Virus record (IMG/VR): IMGVR_UViG_3300009082_000018
Location: 32,001 to 96,000 of that record
Source: a virus
Direction: 5' to 3' (one strand)
Length of the DNA: 64,000 nucleotides
Part shown: one piece after another, positions 22,697 through 31,830 of the stretch
Numbering within the stretch: the first letter of the stretch is position 1
How the letters are laid out: the number at the start of each line of letters is the position of its first letter
Made by a program: the position numbers and the translations under genes
Notes under the pieces: generated by a model
What the model was told of the DNA's origin: nothing
The model's input: only the letters and a program-made list of their open reading frames with translations
Database searches by the model: none

Positions 22697-24298
22697 GTGC
22701 AGAACTTCGGTGGCTCGTTCTCGACTGTTAGCACTCCGCAGACCCAGCCGACCCCGGGCAAGAACGAAATCAAGATGCGCTCCGGTGGCTACGGCTTCGC
22801 CGTGGATGACTGGGTGCGCCTCAACCGGTTTTTGATCATGGGCTCGGAGGGCGGAACCTACTACGCCTCGGAACGCGAGATGACCAAGGTCGCCAGCGAT
22901 GCGGCCATGAGGCTGGTCAGACAGAATGGTGTGGCGGTGGTCAACCACGTCGTCGAGATCAGCCAGTCCGGTCGTGCGTTCAAGAACGATCCGGCGCTGT
23001 GGGTTCTGGCCATGGCATCGCAGCTCGGTGATCAGGCTACCAAAGAGCTGGCGTACAAGTCGCTGCCGTTGGTGGCACGCATCTCGACCCACCTGTTCCA
23101 CTGGCTGCAGTACACCAAGGCCTTCGGGCACCAGGGAGGCAACGGCTTCAAGCGGGCAGTGGCACGATGGTACCTGGAGCAGACACCGGCTCATCTGGCT
23201 CACCAGGTCGTGAAGTATCAGGCTCGTGATGGGTGGTCGCACCTGGACGCTCTTCGGATCGGTCACCCGACTCCGTCGGATGAGCTGTTCCAGGCAATCT
23301 TCCACTACGTCAAGCACGGCAGGACCAAAGATCTGTCGGCGGTTGCGGCGGTTCCGGAAGAGCTGACGCTCATCTGGGCGTGGGAGAAGATCAAAGAGGC
23401 AAAGAACGCCGATGAGGTCGCCAATCTGATCAGTGCTTTCAAGTTGCCGCACGAGTGCGTGCCGAACGAGTGGAAAGACCAGCAGGGGGTCTGGGGTGCG
23501 TTGTTGAACTCGATGGCACCGCACGCCATGCTGCGGAACCTGGGCAAGATGACCTCGGTGGGTCTGCTAGAGGGCAAGTCGGCGGCGGTGCAGAAGGTCG
23601 TGGACACGCTGACGGACATGGAGCGTCTGAAGAAGGCCAGGATGCACCCGATGTCGGTGCTGACTGCGTTGGCGGTCTACCGGACGGGCCGTGGCATCAA
23701 GGGCTCGCTGAGCTGGAACCCGAACCGTCGGGTGATCGACGCGCTCGATGAGGCCTTCTACCTGTCCTTCGGGACAGTGACGCCGACGGGCAAGCGGCTG
23801 CTTCTGGCCCTGGACGTATCAGGGTCGATGGGATCGCCGTGCGCTGGTTCTCCGCTGACCTGCAGGGAGGCGACGGCAGCCATGGCGATGGTCACGGCAC
23901 GGACGGAAGAGGACTACGAGATCGTCGGCTTCTGCGACAGCCTGAAGACGCTGAGCATCTCGCCGAAGCAGCGTCTGGATGACGTCGTGGAGTCGATCTC
24001 CCATCTGTCCTTCGGAGGCACGGACTGCAGCTTGCCGTTCCGTTGGGCGCAGTCCAAGCAGCAGAAGTTCGACGGTGTTATCACCTACACCGACAATGAG
24101 AGTTGGGGAGGTCCAGTGAAGGTTCACCAGGCAATGCAGCAGTATCGCCAGAAGATGGGCACCACAACCAAGGGAGCCTTCGTGGCCTTTGCGGCCAATG
24201 AGTACTCGGTGGCAGACCCGGACGACGCGGGTCAGATGAACTTCGTGGGCCTGGACGCCAACCTGCCACAGGCGCTCTCCAGCTTCATTGGAGAGTAG
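22697..24298 (+). CDS. rsr: Ro60/TROVE domain RNA-binding protein (Rsr ortholog)
   Basis: GGY.F....W.RL.RFLI.GSEGGTYY; KYQ.R.GWSH.D.LR; A.LRNLGKMT; HP..VL.A...Y..G.G; VWA DVSGSM and YTDNE.W; GGAGG SD. Confidence 0.95.
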   Translation: MQNFGGSFSTVSTPQTQPTPGKNEIKMRSGGYGFAVDDWVRLNRFLIMGSEGGTYYASEREMTKVASDAAMRLVRQNGVAVVNHVVEISQSGRAFKNDPALWVLAMASQLGDQATKELAYKSLPLVARISTHLFHWLQYTKAFGHQGGNGFKRAVARWYLEQTPAHLAHQVVKYQARDGWSHLDALRIGHPTPSDELFQAIFHYVKHGRTKDLSAVAAVPEELTLIWAWEKIKEAKNADEVANLISAFKLPHECVPNEWKDQQGVWGALLNSMAPHAMLRNLGKMTSVGLLEGKSAAVQKVVDTLTDMERLKKARMHPMSVLTALAVYRTGRGIKGSLSWNPNRRVIDALDEAFYLSFGTVTPTGKRLLLALDVSGSMGSPCAGSPLTCREATAAMAMVTARTEEDYEIVGFCDSLKTLSISPKQRLDDVVESISHLSFGGTDCSLPFRWAQSKQQKFDGVITYTDNESWGGPVKVHQAMQQYRQKMGTTTKGAFVAFAANEYSVADPDDAGQMNFVGLDANLPQALSSFIGE

Positions 24299-24301
24299 CT
24301 C

Positions 24302-24511
24302 ATGCCCCGCCGCCCAGAAGACCAACCGCAAACCCCACCTGAGGTCTTCACCGTCCGCCTGCAAGGTCAGGATGCGGCGGACTTCCGTCGTCTGCAATCA
24401 GCAGCTGCAGCTGAGGTCCCTCCAGGAGCCCGGCAGACTCGTCACAGCTTTGCTGTCTGGTTGCTGAAATTGGGGATGAAAGCGATCGAGACGGTCAAGC
24501 GGAAGCGCTAG
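24302..24511 (+). CDS. small basic protein, possible ribbon-helix-helix DNA binder
   Basis: VFTVRL beta strand followed by two predicted helices; starts 3 nt after the rsr stop. Confidence 0.5.
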   Translation: MPRRPEDQPQTPPEVFTVRLQGQDAADFRRLQSAAAAEVPPGARQTRHSFAVWLLKLGMKAIETVKRKR

Positions 24512-24634
24512 CTGTTGCTGCTGCCTAGGTCTCCAGCAGGTCCCACACCATCCCTAGAGATGACGTTTCCGTGCTCGTCCACGTCCACGTTCAGTGCTGG
24601 CAGCTCACCACTGCTGATGTAGTTTCCAATTCTC

Positions 24635-24904
24635 CTATGGTTTCTTTTCTGGCTCTCCCGATGGTGGTTCTGGCTCCTTTGGAGTCGGCACAGGCTTGGA
24701 TACCTGAAAGACCTTGCACCGGACGGCTAGGAACAGCTCTCCTTCCTGCACACCAGTGATCCGCATTTTGGAATCGTTGTCAAGCTCGATCCTATAGCTC
24801 TCCTGGTGCAGCATCTGATGGAAGATCGCCAGCAGCTGCTCAGACATCTGCTTCGGAGATAGGTTTCGTTTACCTGAACGAGGACGTTTTTGTTGTGCAG
24901 ACAT
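24635..24904 (-). CDS. hypothetical protein
   Basis: Continues the minus-strand run after the kinase. Confidence 0.4.
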   Translation of the reverse strand: MSAQQKRPRSGKRNLSPKQMSEQLLAIFHQMLHQESYRIELDNDSKMRITGVQEGELFLAVRCKVFQVSKPVPTPKEPEPPSGEPEKKP

Positions 24905-25532
24905 CTTTGATAGTCGCCGAAATCGCGTCCCAGTCCGGAACGGCAGTGGTTGGATCCCAGATCAGTCTGGAAACCTTTACAGCGTGTCCCCAAGGCATCA
25001 AGCCAGACTCAGCTTCTTGCAGGAGCTTCTGGTAGCCTTCGTTGAGTCGCTCGAGGTAGTCGATAGCCACAGCTGCCTCAGCCCCACGGTTCCGCTGTCG
25101 CATACGTTCGTATGCCGTCTTCGGCTGAACGTCAAGGAAGATCAGTTTGGTGGGTGGAAGAAGCTCGTGGCACATGACGTTGTAGCAGTACTCGTAGGTA
25201 TCCCAGTCGAGCTGGTTGATGTTACCCATTGCAGTGTGCAGGCTGGCGAAGACTCGGTCACCGCTGAGAGAGCGATCGAGAATCGCGCCGGCAAAGGGCC
25301 CAACTCCCAGAGAGATGAGGGCAGCCATTTTCTGCATTGCGTACCTTCGATGCAAAAGGTAGATCTGCATTCCAAAGGCATAGGTCTTTGGGTCCTGGTA
25401 GAACTTCTCCAGGTATGGGTTGGTGTCGACTGGCTCTTCGATGACGGAGAAGTTGAGCCGCTTTCCGACTTCGCGGGAGAACGTGGTTTTTCCACAGCCA
25501 ATGATTCCTTCTACCCAGAGTAGAGGCTTCAT
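24870..25532 (-). CDS. deoxynucleoside kinase (dNK/dGK family)
   Basis: VEGIIGCGKTT, EEPV..NPYL..FY.DP, DRS...D.VF, R.R..E. Confidence 0.92.
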   Translation of the reverse strand: MKPLLWVEGIIGCGKTTFSREVGKRLNFSVIEEPVDTNPYLEKFYQDPKTYAFGMQIYLLHRRYAMQKMAALISLGVGPFAGAILDRSLSGDRVFASLHTAMGNINQLDWDTYEYCYNVMCHELLPPTKLIFLDVQPKTAYERMRQRNRGAEAAVAIDYLERLNEGYQKLLQEAESGLMPWGHAVKVSRLIWDPTTAVPDWDAISATIKDVCTTKTSSFR

Positions 25533-26149
25533 GCCAATACCTCGCGGTAGTCTGCAAATACCTCGGGGCAGTTCTCGAGAAGGATGCGGCCGATCATGAT
25601 AGCAACCTCTCGCATCTGTGGGTGAGCCTTGGTCGACGTCCTCATCTTGAGGAAGTGGCGCCACTCACGCAGGTTTGCTGTCGCCACCAGCTCGGTCTTG
25701 AGGCAGGTGGGTAGGACAGAACGGGCGATCTCAGGCGGCACTCCCATGGTGATCATTCCGAGGTAGCTGTGTTCTGCCATGCGAATGGAGGCTATCCACA
25801 GATCTCTAGTCTCCCCTGTGAGTCCTGGAGGCTCGATGACAGTGATCTCTCCCCCGAATTTGTCCTTGCCATAGTTGCAGTAGCGCGTCGACTCCTGCGA
25901 GTAGCTCATGAGCCTGTGTCGAACGAACTCGTGGCTCACGCCTCGGTCGCAGACCACCCTGAAACTGGCCCAGCCGTGTTCGATCACGGACTCGTGACCG
26001 CGCTCGAGAAGCATCTTCACGAACTTGGCTGCGCTCTCAGCTGTGATCTTGTCCTCGGACTTGTAGCAAGTCCGCCCGCACACCTCGATGAGCTTCTGGG
26101 CGTTGGGGATGATGAACTCCCGCTTGACTGACTGCCACACAATCTTCAT
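25529..26149 (-). CDS. thyX: flavin-dependent thymidylate synthase
   Basis: GHESV.EH, RHR..SYSQESTRY, ARSVLP, NLREWRHF..R....AH. Confidence 0.95.
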   Translation of the reverse strand: MKIVWQSVKREFIIPNAQKLIEVCGRTCYKSEDKITAESAAKFVKMLLERGHESVIEHGWASFRVVCDRGVSHEFVRHRLMSYSQESTRYCNYGKDKFGGEITVIEPPGLTGETRDLWIASIRMAEHSYLGMITMGVPPEIARSVLPTCLKTELVATANLREWRHFLKMRTSTKAHPQMREVAIMIGRILLENCPEVFADYREVLA

Positions 26150-26358
26150 TGTGCTCCTCCTTGCAGGCACAGCAAGATGATTCCGAGGTTGGTCTTGTCG
26201 AACTGGTACGTATCACCAGATTCTTCTCGTACCTTTCTCAGATGTGCTATCAAGTCCTTGCTCTGCACTGCGTTCATCATCAAGATCGTTCTGATCTTGT
26301 TGGTTTTAGCTGGCGGTGGTGTCGTCTTTGGCTTGATCTTGGGTGGCGTTTTCTGCAT
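26146..26358 (-). CDS. hypothetical protein with K/P-rich N-terminus
   Basis: Stop overlaps the thyX start (ATGA). Confidence 0.5.
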   Translation of the reverse strand: MQKTPPKIKPKTTPPPAKTNKIRTILMMNAVQSKDLIAHLRKVREESGDTYQFDKTNLGIILLCLQGGAQ

Positions 26359-26926
26359 TCAGCTCTCCCAGTAGCATGTGGTCGATCATCTTGTCGACTT
26401 GGTCTCGAAGAGCATCGAGAGACCCATTGTTGTCCAGCTCATAGTCCCAGTGCGGGTATCCATCCAAGGCGATCTCCGAATCATGTGTGTCCATACTCGG
26501 ATCGAATGGAACATCTCTTTTGCAACGAACCATGAAGCCGCCAAGATGCTTGATCGCCGCAGCCTCGTTGGAGAAGCGCAGATCGGTGACCAGAATCGAG
26601 GTGTGCTGGTCCTGCTGGACTCGCCGGACGAAGGTCTTCACCCAGATCTGGTCGTCGATCACTTTCCGCATGGCTTCAGTGCCGGCGTACTGCAGGGCCC
26701 AGCGCGGTGTGAATCCCCAATATGGATCAGGAATGCCTTTGAGGTCACCGTAGAGTTGCTCATCGTTGAAGCCGAAGACAACCCTGCACATTTCCTTCAG
26801 GGAGTAGGCGAAGGCGTCGTGGCGCACTTTCATGCCCCTTGTTTGCAGGTTCTCAAAGGCCATGGCTGCTGCTGTGTCTTTGCCTCTGCACCTTTTATGG
26901 CCGAAGCCGATGATCAATCGTCTCAC
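26306..26926 (-). CDS. deoxynucleoside monophosphate kinase (T4 gp1-like)
   Basis: IIGFG....GKDT, FA..LK, TPR..LQ..GTE, TDLRF.NE, H.SE; GAGGAG SD before GTG. Confidence 0.9.
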   Translation of the reverse strand: MRRLIIGFGHKRCRGKDTAAAMAFENLQTRGMKVRHDAFAYSLKEMCRVVFGFNDEQLYGDLKGIPDPYWGFTPRWALQYAGTEAMRKVIDDQIWVKTFVRRVQQDQHTSILVTDLRFSNEAAAIKHLGGFMVRCKRDVPFDPSMDTHDSEIALDGYPHWDYELDNNGSLDALRDQVDKMIDHMLLGELNAENATQDQAKDDTTAS

Positions 26927-26936
26927 AATGATCTCC

Positions 26937-27422
26937 TCAGAATGTGATATCGTCGCCTTCGAACAGGATATCGATCTGATTATCCTTGAAGTGCTTGACT
27001 TCGTCTTCGTCGTACACAGTTCTCGACAACGCATCCGCTTCGGTGTTCTTTTCTCTGGGAATCCACTGGAAGGTGACACCCCGACCGTAACGAGCCTTGG
27101 CTTTGATCACCATTTCGTGAAGAGGAACCAATTTCTCGTCACGGCATTCCCAGGTACCGCTACACTGGTTCACGATGAGCTGTGAATCTGACTTGATAAT
27201 GACGGGTTGTCTTTTCCCCACAGGAAGCTTGATCAACCACAGCATGGCCGCAATCACGGCATGGTATTCTCCGATATTGTTGGTTGCCAGAGCACCTCCT
27301 TTGACCGAGATACCGGCCTCTTGGTGTACTAGGTTCTGTCCGTTTTTGACGATGAAGGCCCAAGACACAATGCCGCCTGGGTTGAACGGCTCAATTGAGC
27401 TGTCAGTGTTGATGAACAACAT
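26937..27422 (-). CDS. ribonuclease HI family protein
   Basis: I.TD.S...NPG, TNN.GEY.A, SDSQL.VNQ..G.W, WIPRE.N..AD. Confidence 0.9.
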   Translation of the reverse strand: MLFINTDSSIEPFNPGGIVSWAFIVKNGQNLVHQEAGISVKGGALATNNIGEYHAVIAAMLWLIKLPVGKRQPVIIKSDSQLIVNQCSGTWECRDEKLVPLHEMVIKAKARYGRGVTFQWIPREKNTEADALSRTVYDEDEVKHFKDNQIDILFEGDDITF

Positions 27423-27643
27423 CTAATCCTCTTCTCCCTCGTCGAAGCTATCCGGGTCTTTCTCCTTGAATGGCTTCTGCAGGCACCAGTAGAAGTCGAC
27501 ACACGGAGGTCTCGTCCCACCACCAGAGCAGATGCTCATCAGCAGGAGGCGCCACGGTCTCTTCAAGTAGAATCGGCAGTAGGACTTGACATTCGCCAGG
27601 CCACCTTCCTTGTGCGACAGCTTTGGGATGTCGCCCAGATCTT

Positions 27644-27892
27644 CTACTGGGCTTCCGGCCAGCTTCCCTTTTCCAGCCTTTCGTAGCTCTGGTGTCGGAT
27701 GTTCTGGTGGAAGTACTTCCCCGATGACTCCGCATTCAGGATCTCTTCCATCTCGTGTGCTAGATCCGGATAGCGGTACATCTCCCCGTTCCTGAACTGG
27801 ACGATCAGGAAGTCGTCCTTTGTCCCCACGGCGGATAAATTGGAAGACCTTACCTCGACCCATTGATCAACCTCAAAGTCTGGATGGCTCAT
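27644..27892 (-). CDS. KTSC domain protein
   Basis: V.SSNL.AVG...L.VQF.NG..Y.Y......L.A.S.GKYF...IR. Confidence 0.85.
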   Translation of the reverse strand: MSHPDFEVDQWVEVRSSNLSAVGTKDDFLIVQFRNGEMYRYPDLAHEMEEILNAESSGKYFHQNIRHQSYERLEKGSWPEAQ

Positions 27893-27901
27893 AGTTTGAT
27901 C

Positions 27902-29764
27902 CTAACCAAATGTCATGAGTGGCACGCGCCGCAATCGTTCCAAGGCGATGTTGCAGAAGTTCCACGCATGCACGCTGTGCGGATCCAGACCGAGGTTAAC
28001 CCACTCCATTCTGAACGTGCCAGTTTCCTCGTTGACGACAGCCTTTTGCCGAACGATTTTCGTGGCATGCAAGTAGAAGTAGTTGCGGAAAATCGCCTGG
28101 GGTTCGTAGCGGCCGGTCTCAAGGCCACGGGCCATTTGGATCAGCGTGCTTGGGGCAGGCCACTCGCAATTGCGGTGGGCAATCTCAGCAAGTGCGAAAT
28201 CGATCGACATGTAACGGTTGAGAACGCAAGTGTACTTGAACTTGAGTCCTGGTCCACCCTTGCGGACGTTCATCTTGTCCTTGGGACGGTCTCCCCACTG
28301 CACAATGTCTCTCTGAGTGCCATGGCTATCGAGGTACCAGGCCACAAAGACACGTCGTGGGAAAGTACGAGCGAAGTCGATCGCCTCATTGGAGTTAGGC
28401 ATGGCGTCGATGATGCACAGATCGACGTCGTACTCCTTCATCAATTGGTAGAGGCGCTTGAACGGAGTGATCCGCTGCCCACCTTCGTAGTACATCGGAT
28501 TCATGCTGTCGATGATCTCGTAATGGATTATTCTCTTCTTTCCAGGTTGGCGCTCCGCGATGACCACGTAGTTGTTGCCTGACATCTGGTCCACGCCCAT
28601 GGCGACCTGGCTCTTGCGGCCCTTGACAGGGCCCCACAGGATGTCTGTGTTCTCGCATGCGATCAGATCATCTGTGCTGACCGGGACGTTTTCAGCATCG
28701 ACGTATGGCTTGCCCAGCTTGGCGTTGTGGAACTCTTTCAGGTTTTGGGTCGTGGTAAAGGCACGCCAGATCTCTGCCGGCGATATGAACTTCGACATCA
28801 TCTGGTGGATGTGGTAGCTGGAGACGTCCACGCCAGGATTGTGCGGTATGAATCGGCCATTCTGGGGATCGTTGATCCTCATCTTGCAACGGGGGCATCG
28901 GTAGTAGATCTCCTTGTCAGTGATGGCCATGCAATCTGGCCACACCTCAGACAAGATCACTCCGTCAGGGCAGTTACACTTAGAGTGCCAGTAATTCTGA
29001 GTACCCTGAATGAACTGCCGGTGAATGTCCGCGTGTGGATAGCCGGCGGTGGAAACTTGCATGATCCATTTGAAGATGCTGTGGCTTACGCGTTCCCTCG
29101 CTTGGTCGATGTCCGCTGCATTCATCAGTCGGACTTCGTCGAAGGCTAGCATGTCAAATGGGGTAGAGTCCTTGGAGGCGACGCCGCCGAGGTGGCGCAT
29201 GTAGAGGGAAGACTTGGCTCCTACCTTTTTGAATCCGATGGTGTCAGTGTCTTGAACGGCATCAGCTAACTCTGGGTTGCTCATCACCAGGGGATAGAGC
29301 CGATCTTTGGACAGCAGGGCTACATCATCCTGGGTGGGGAAGAAGAAGCAAGCCTTGACCGAACGGTATAGGCAGAACCAGAAGAGCTTGAGCAGAACGA
29401 AGATCGTGGCACCCATCTGGGCGCTCTTCATTAGCACAAATTCCTTGTTTCGATCCAGATACATCGGAATAAGGTACTTGTGCGAGTCTATGTCAAACGG
29501 TTTGTGATCAACCTCGATACCTGTTGTGCAAGCCCATAGCAGGAAGTTCTCTTGCTTGAGGGCATTCAACTGGTCTGGGCTAACACTAGCCGGAGAGATT
29601 GAGCTGATACCTGAGAAGTCATGGGCCTGCTGCGATGGCATCAGGTTACCAAGGACATCTTGGATTGGCTGCTCGTCTTTCTTGATTTTTACGGCCTGCC
29701 GTGTCGGTTTGATCTTGACCGCTGTCCTTTTGGGAGGCGGGTTCTTCTTGATCTCTTCGTTCAT
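27902..29764 (-). CDS. terminase large subunit (lambda GpA-like ATPase plus nuclease)
   Basis: KSAQMGAT Walker A, FFPT, FDE Walker B, VSTA motif III, MGVDQ nuclease. Confidence 0.85.
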   Translation of the reverse strand: MNEEIKKNPPPKRTAVKIKPTRQAVKIKKDEQPIQDVLGNLMPSQQAHDFSGISSISPASVSPDQLNALKQENFLLWACTTGIEVDHKPFDIDSHKYLIPMYLDRNKEFVLMKSAQMGATIFVLLKLFWFCLYRSVKACFFFPTQDDVALLSKDRLYPLVMSNPELADAVQDTDTIGFKKVGAKSSLYMRHLGGVASKDSTPFDMLAFDEVRLMNAADIDQARERVSHSIFKWIMQVSTAGYPHADIHRQFIQGTQNYWHSKCNCPDGVILSEVWPDCMAITDKEIYYRCPRCKMRINDPQNGRFIPHNPGVDVSSYHIHQMMSKFISPAEIWRAFTTTQNLKEFHNAKLGKPYVDAENVPVSTDDLIACENTDILWGPVKGRKSQVAMGVDQMSGNNYVVIAERQPGKKRIIHYEIIDSMNPMYYEGGQRITPFKRLYQLMKEYDVDLCIIDAMPNSNEAIDFARTFPRRVFVAWYLDSHGTQRDIVQWGDRPKDKMNVRKGGPGLKFKYTCVLNRYMSIDFALAEIAHRNCEWPAPSTLIQMARGLETGRYEPQAIFRNYFYLHATKIVRQKAVVNEETGTFRMEWVNLGLDPHSVHAWNFCNIALERLRRVPLMTFG

Positions 29765-30303
29765 GACCGTCTTCCCGGGTCTTGGAACACTTCTCTATCC
29801 GTCAAGAATATGATCTCGTCAGCGGCGTTGTGCAGCAGACTCGAGGCGACATTCTGAAAAGTGATCACTTCAACTCGCTTGTTCAACCTCTTCAACCTCT
29901 CAAGCAACAGAGCGTAGTCACCGTCACCAGAAACCAGCACGAAGGTGTCGAAGGTATCGATGTCGCTGATAGCGTCAACGGCAATTCCAACATCCCAATC
30001 CGTGGCATACGGCTTGAGAAGACCTTTTTCGATCCTCATATCTCTGGTCTTCACTGTGAAACCAAGGTTGCGGAGTGATCGCAGGAAGCGAGCATTCTGA
30101 GCGGGCTGCTTGTCGCTGCCTTGGACGGTCACAGCATAGGCAACGATCTTCGCTTGTCGCGGCATGTTCGCGAACTGTCTGGAACAGATCAGCTGCTTCA
30201 GAGATGAGTAGCTGACCCTCGCGTCCCTGCCATGGATCTCCCGGCAGGAATGCCAGAGGTTGTTCACGTCGATGGCGACGTATGCACGCTCAGCCTGGCT
30301 CAT
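29761..30303 (-). CDS. NYN domain (LabA/DUF88) PIN-like ribonuclease
   Basis: ID.NNL, DWDVGIAVDA, LVSGDGDY..L, S..L...AD. Confidence 0.9.
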   Translation of the reverse strand: MSQAERAYVAIDVNNLWHSCREIHGRDARVSYSSLKQLICSRQFANMPRQAKIVAYAVTVQGSDKQPAQNARFLRSLRNLGFTVKTRDMRIEKGLLKPYATDWDVGIAVDAISDIDTFDTFVLVSGDGDYALLLERLKRLNKRVEVITFQNVASSLLHNAADEIIFLTDREVFQDPGRRS

Positions 30304-30392
30304 TCTATTTCTTCAGCTCATTGTCCTTGCATGTGCAACGCAGCACGGGTTGTCTGCACTTGGAGCATCGTGGGACCTCGGGTGTCTTAGGC

Positions 30393-30971
30393 TTAGGCTC
30401 TTCTTGGGGGCGGCCTTTTTTCGACTTGTCTGACATTGATCTCTCCTGGGTCTTGACCCTTCATCTGCAGCATGCCGTAGGTGGCGATCAAAGATGCGTC
30501 GGATCGACCGTCCAGGGATAGAACTTTGCCTCGTGGCTTGGTCAGCGGCAGTGTGGGGTACAGCCGCTGGCACTTCGTCATCGACCTGGCTTTGGGGTCT
30601 CCTGCCGGCACATCTCTCAACACCACCTTGGTCCACGTAGCGGGGTGGACTATATCATATTTGATCCCCAATCCGATACAGATTCCTTCCCACAAACCGA
30701 ACCCTCGTCCCGTCTTGAACGTGGAGCTGAGCCCTTGCTTGGGCATTGCCTGGGCCTGTTCCAACCAGACCATGACGTTGTCGCTCAAAGCCATGAATTC
30801 TCTGAGTATGTTGCCCATCTCAGCGGTGGCGAAGTCGTGCTTGACCTTGCCCTTCTTGCCGAGGTTGACGGTTGGGGTGTCCCTGTAGTCCACCAGGCGG
30901 AAGTTCACGTCGACGACGACGATCGCTCCCAAGAGTCCGTTGTCGATCCCAATTACTAACGGCTTTCCCAC
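30393..30971 (-). CDS. RuvC-like Holliday junction resolvase
   Basis: IGID.G..GA, LE....MPKQG.SS.F..G...G, P..W.K, DGR.DA.LIA. Confidence 0.88.
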   Translation of the reverse strand: MGKPLVIGIDNGLLGAIVVVDVNFRLVDYRDTPTVNLGKKGKVKHDFATAEMGNILREFMALSDNVMVWLEQAQAMPKQGLSSTFKTGRGFGLWEGICIGLGIKYDIVHPATWTKVVLRDVPAGDPKARSMTKCQRLYPTLPLTKPRGKVLSLDGRSDASLIATYGMLQMKGQDPGEINVRQVEKRPPPRRA

Positions 30972-30992
30972 AGGGACACCCCTTCCATCGGA

Positions 30993-31325
30993 CTACGCGA
31001 GATGATCTTTGAGCTTGTCGACATAGCCATTGGCAATGCCGACATCCACCCAGTCCAGGAATGCTCTCTGGTCGGCGACCTTGGACGAGAGAGAGCCATT
31101 CACCGGGGGGATTCCTGCCGCCTTTCTCGGAGCCCTCTTGACCTTGGCACCGCTGGCCAAAGCCAGCTCACCTTTTTTCTTGAGCTGGCTCTTCATCGTT
31201 GCGAAGTACGATGACGAAAGCACACCCGGAGTCGCTTTGTCGAAGTCCTTGAACGTGCCTTGTGGGTCAGTCAGAAGGAACTTCCTGACCAGATCGATTT
31301 TGGAACCACTCTTCTTTGACATCAT
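30993..31325 (-). CDS. hypothetical basic protein
   Basis: AGGAGG SD. Confidence 0.6.
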   Translation of the reverse strand: MMSKKSGSKIDLVRKFLLTDPQGTFKDFDKATPGVLSSSYFATMKSQLKKKGELALASGAKVKRAPRKAAGIPPVNGSLSSKVADQRAFLDWVDVGIANGYVDKLKDHLA

Positions 31326-31362
31326 AGCCTCCTGTTGAGCCACTGATTGGCTCGGCAACGGA

Positions 31363-31830
31363 CTACTCTTTCTTCGTAGGGGGTGTCAGATCTTTCGGGA
31401 TCGAAGTGGCGAGCTGAATCACCGGAGCCCGCACGTTGGCGTCGAATAGCACGCCGCAGCCAGGGCAGCGAATCAGATTCTGGTCTGGCGGCGCATCGTC
31501 AGGGATGTCATGGGCGTGGATCTCTTGGGTCTCGTCCTTGTAGACGACGAAGGTGTCGATCGTCTTCTCCTGGTGATTCACCTGATCGTGAATTTCGATG
31601 TGCTTCTTCATCCAGGCCAGGAATGGCTTGATCTTCATCAGCTGAGCAAAGACCTCTAGGTAGCGGAGCGCCTGATTGAGGTGCTTGACCGTAGGCCACT
31701 CCTTGAGAGCCCGTGCTCGGATGTACTCCTCCTGGATGTCTTTTTCCTCCTGCTCGGCGGCCTTCTCCTTCTTCTCGGCTATCTTCTTCTCGAATGGAGA
31801 CCTCTGATCGTTTTTCTTCTGGCTACTCAT
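31363..31830 (-). CDS. hypothetical protein with C-terminal CPGC
   Basis: Overlap-coupled to the upstream gene. Confidence 0.6.
   Translation of the reverse strand: MSSQKKNDQRSPFEKKIAEKKEKAAEQEEKDIQEEYIRARALKEWPTVKHLNQALRYLEVFAQLMKIKPFLAWMKKHIEIHDQVNHQEKTIDTFVVYKDETQEIHAHDIPDDAPPDQNLIRCPGCGVLFDANVRAPVIQLATSIPKDLTPPTKKE

Noticed and set aside
27423-27863. 146-aa minus-strand ORF overlapping KTSC
   Set aside because: Its 5' half overlaps the recognisable KTSC gene in another frame; at most the 3' ~55 codons are a separate small gene.
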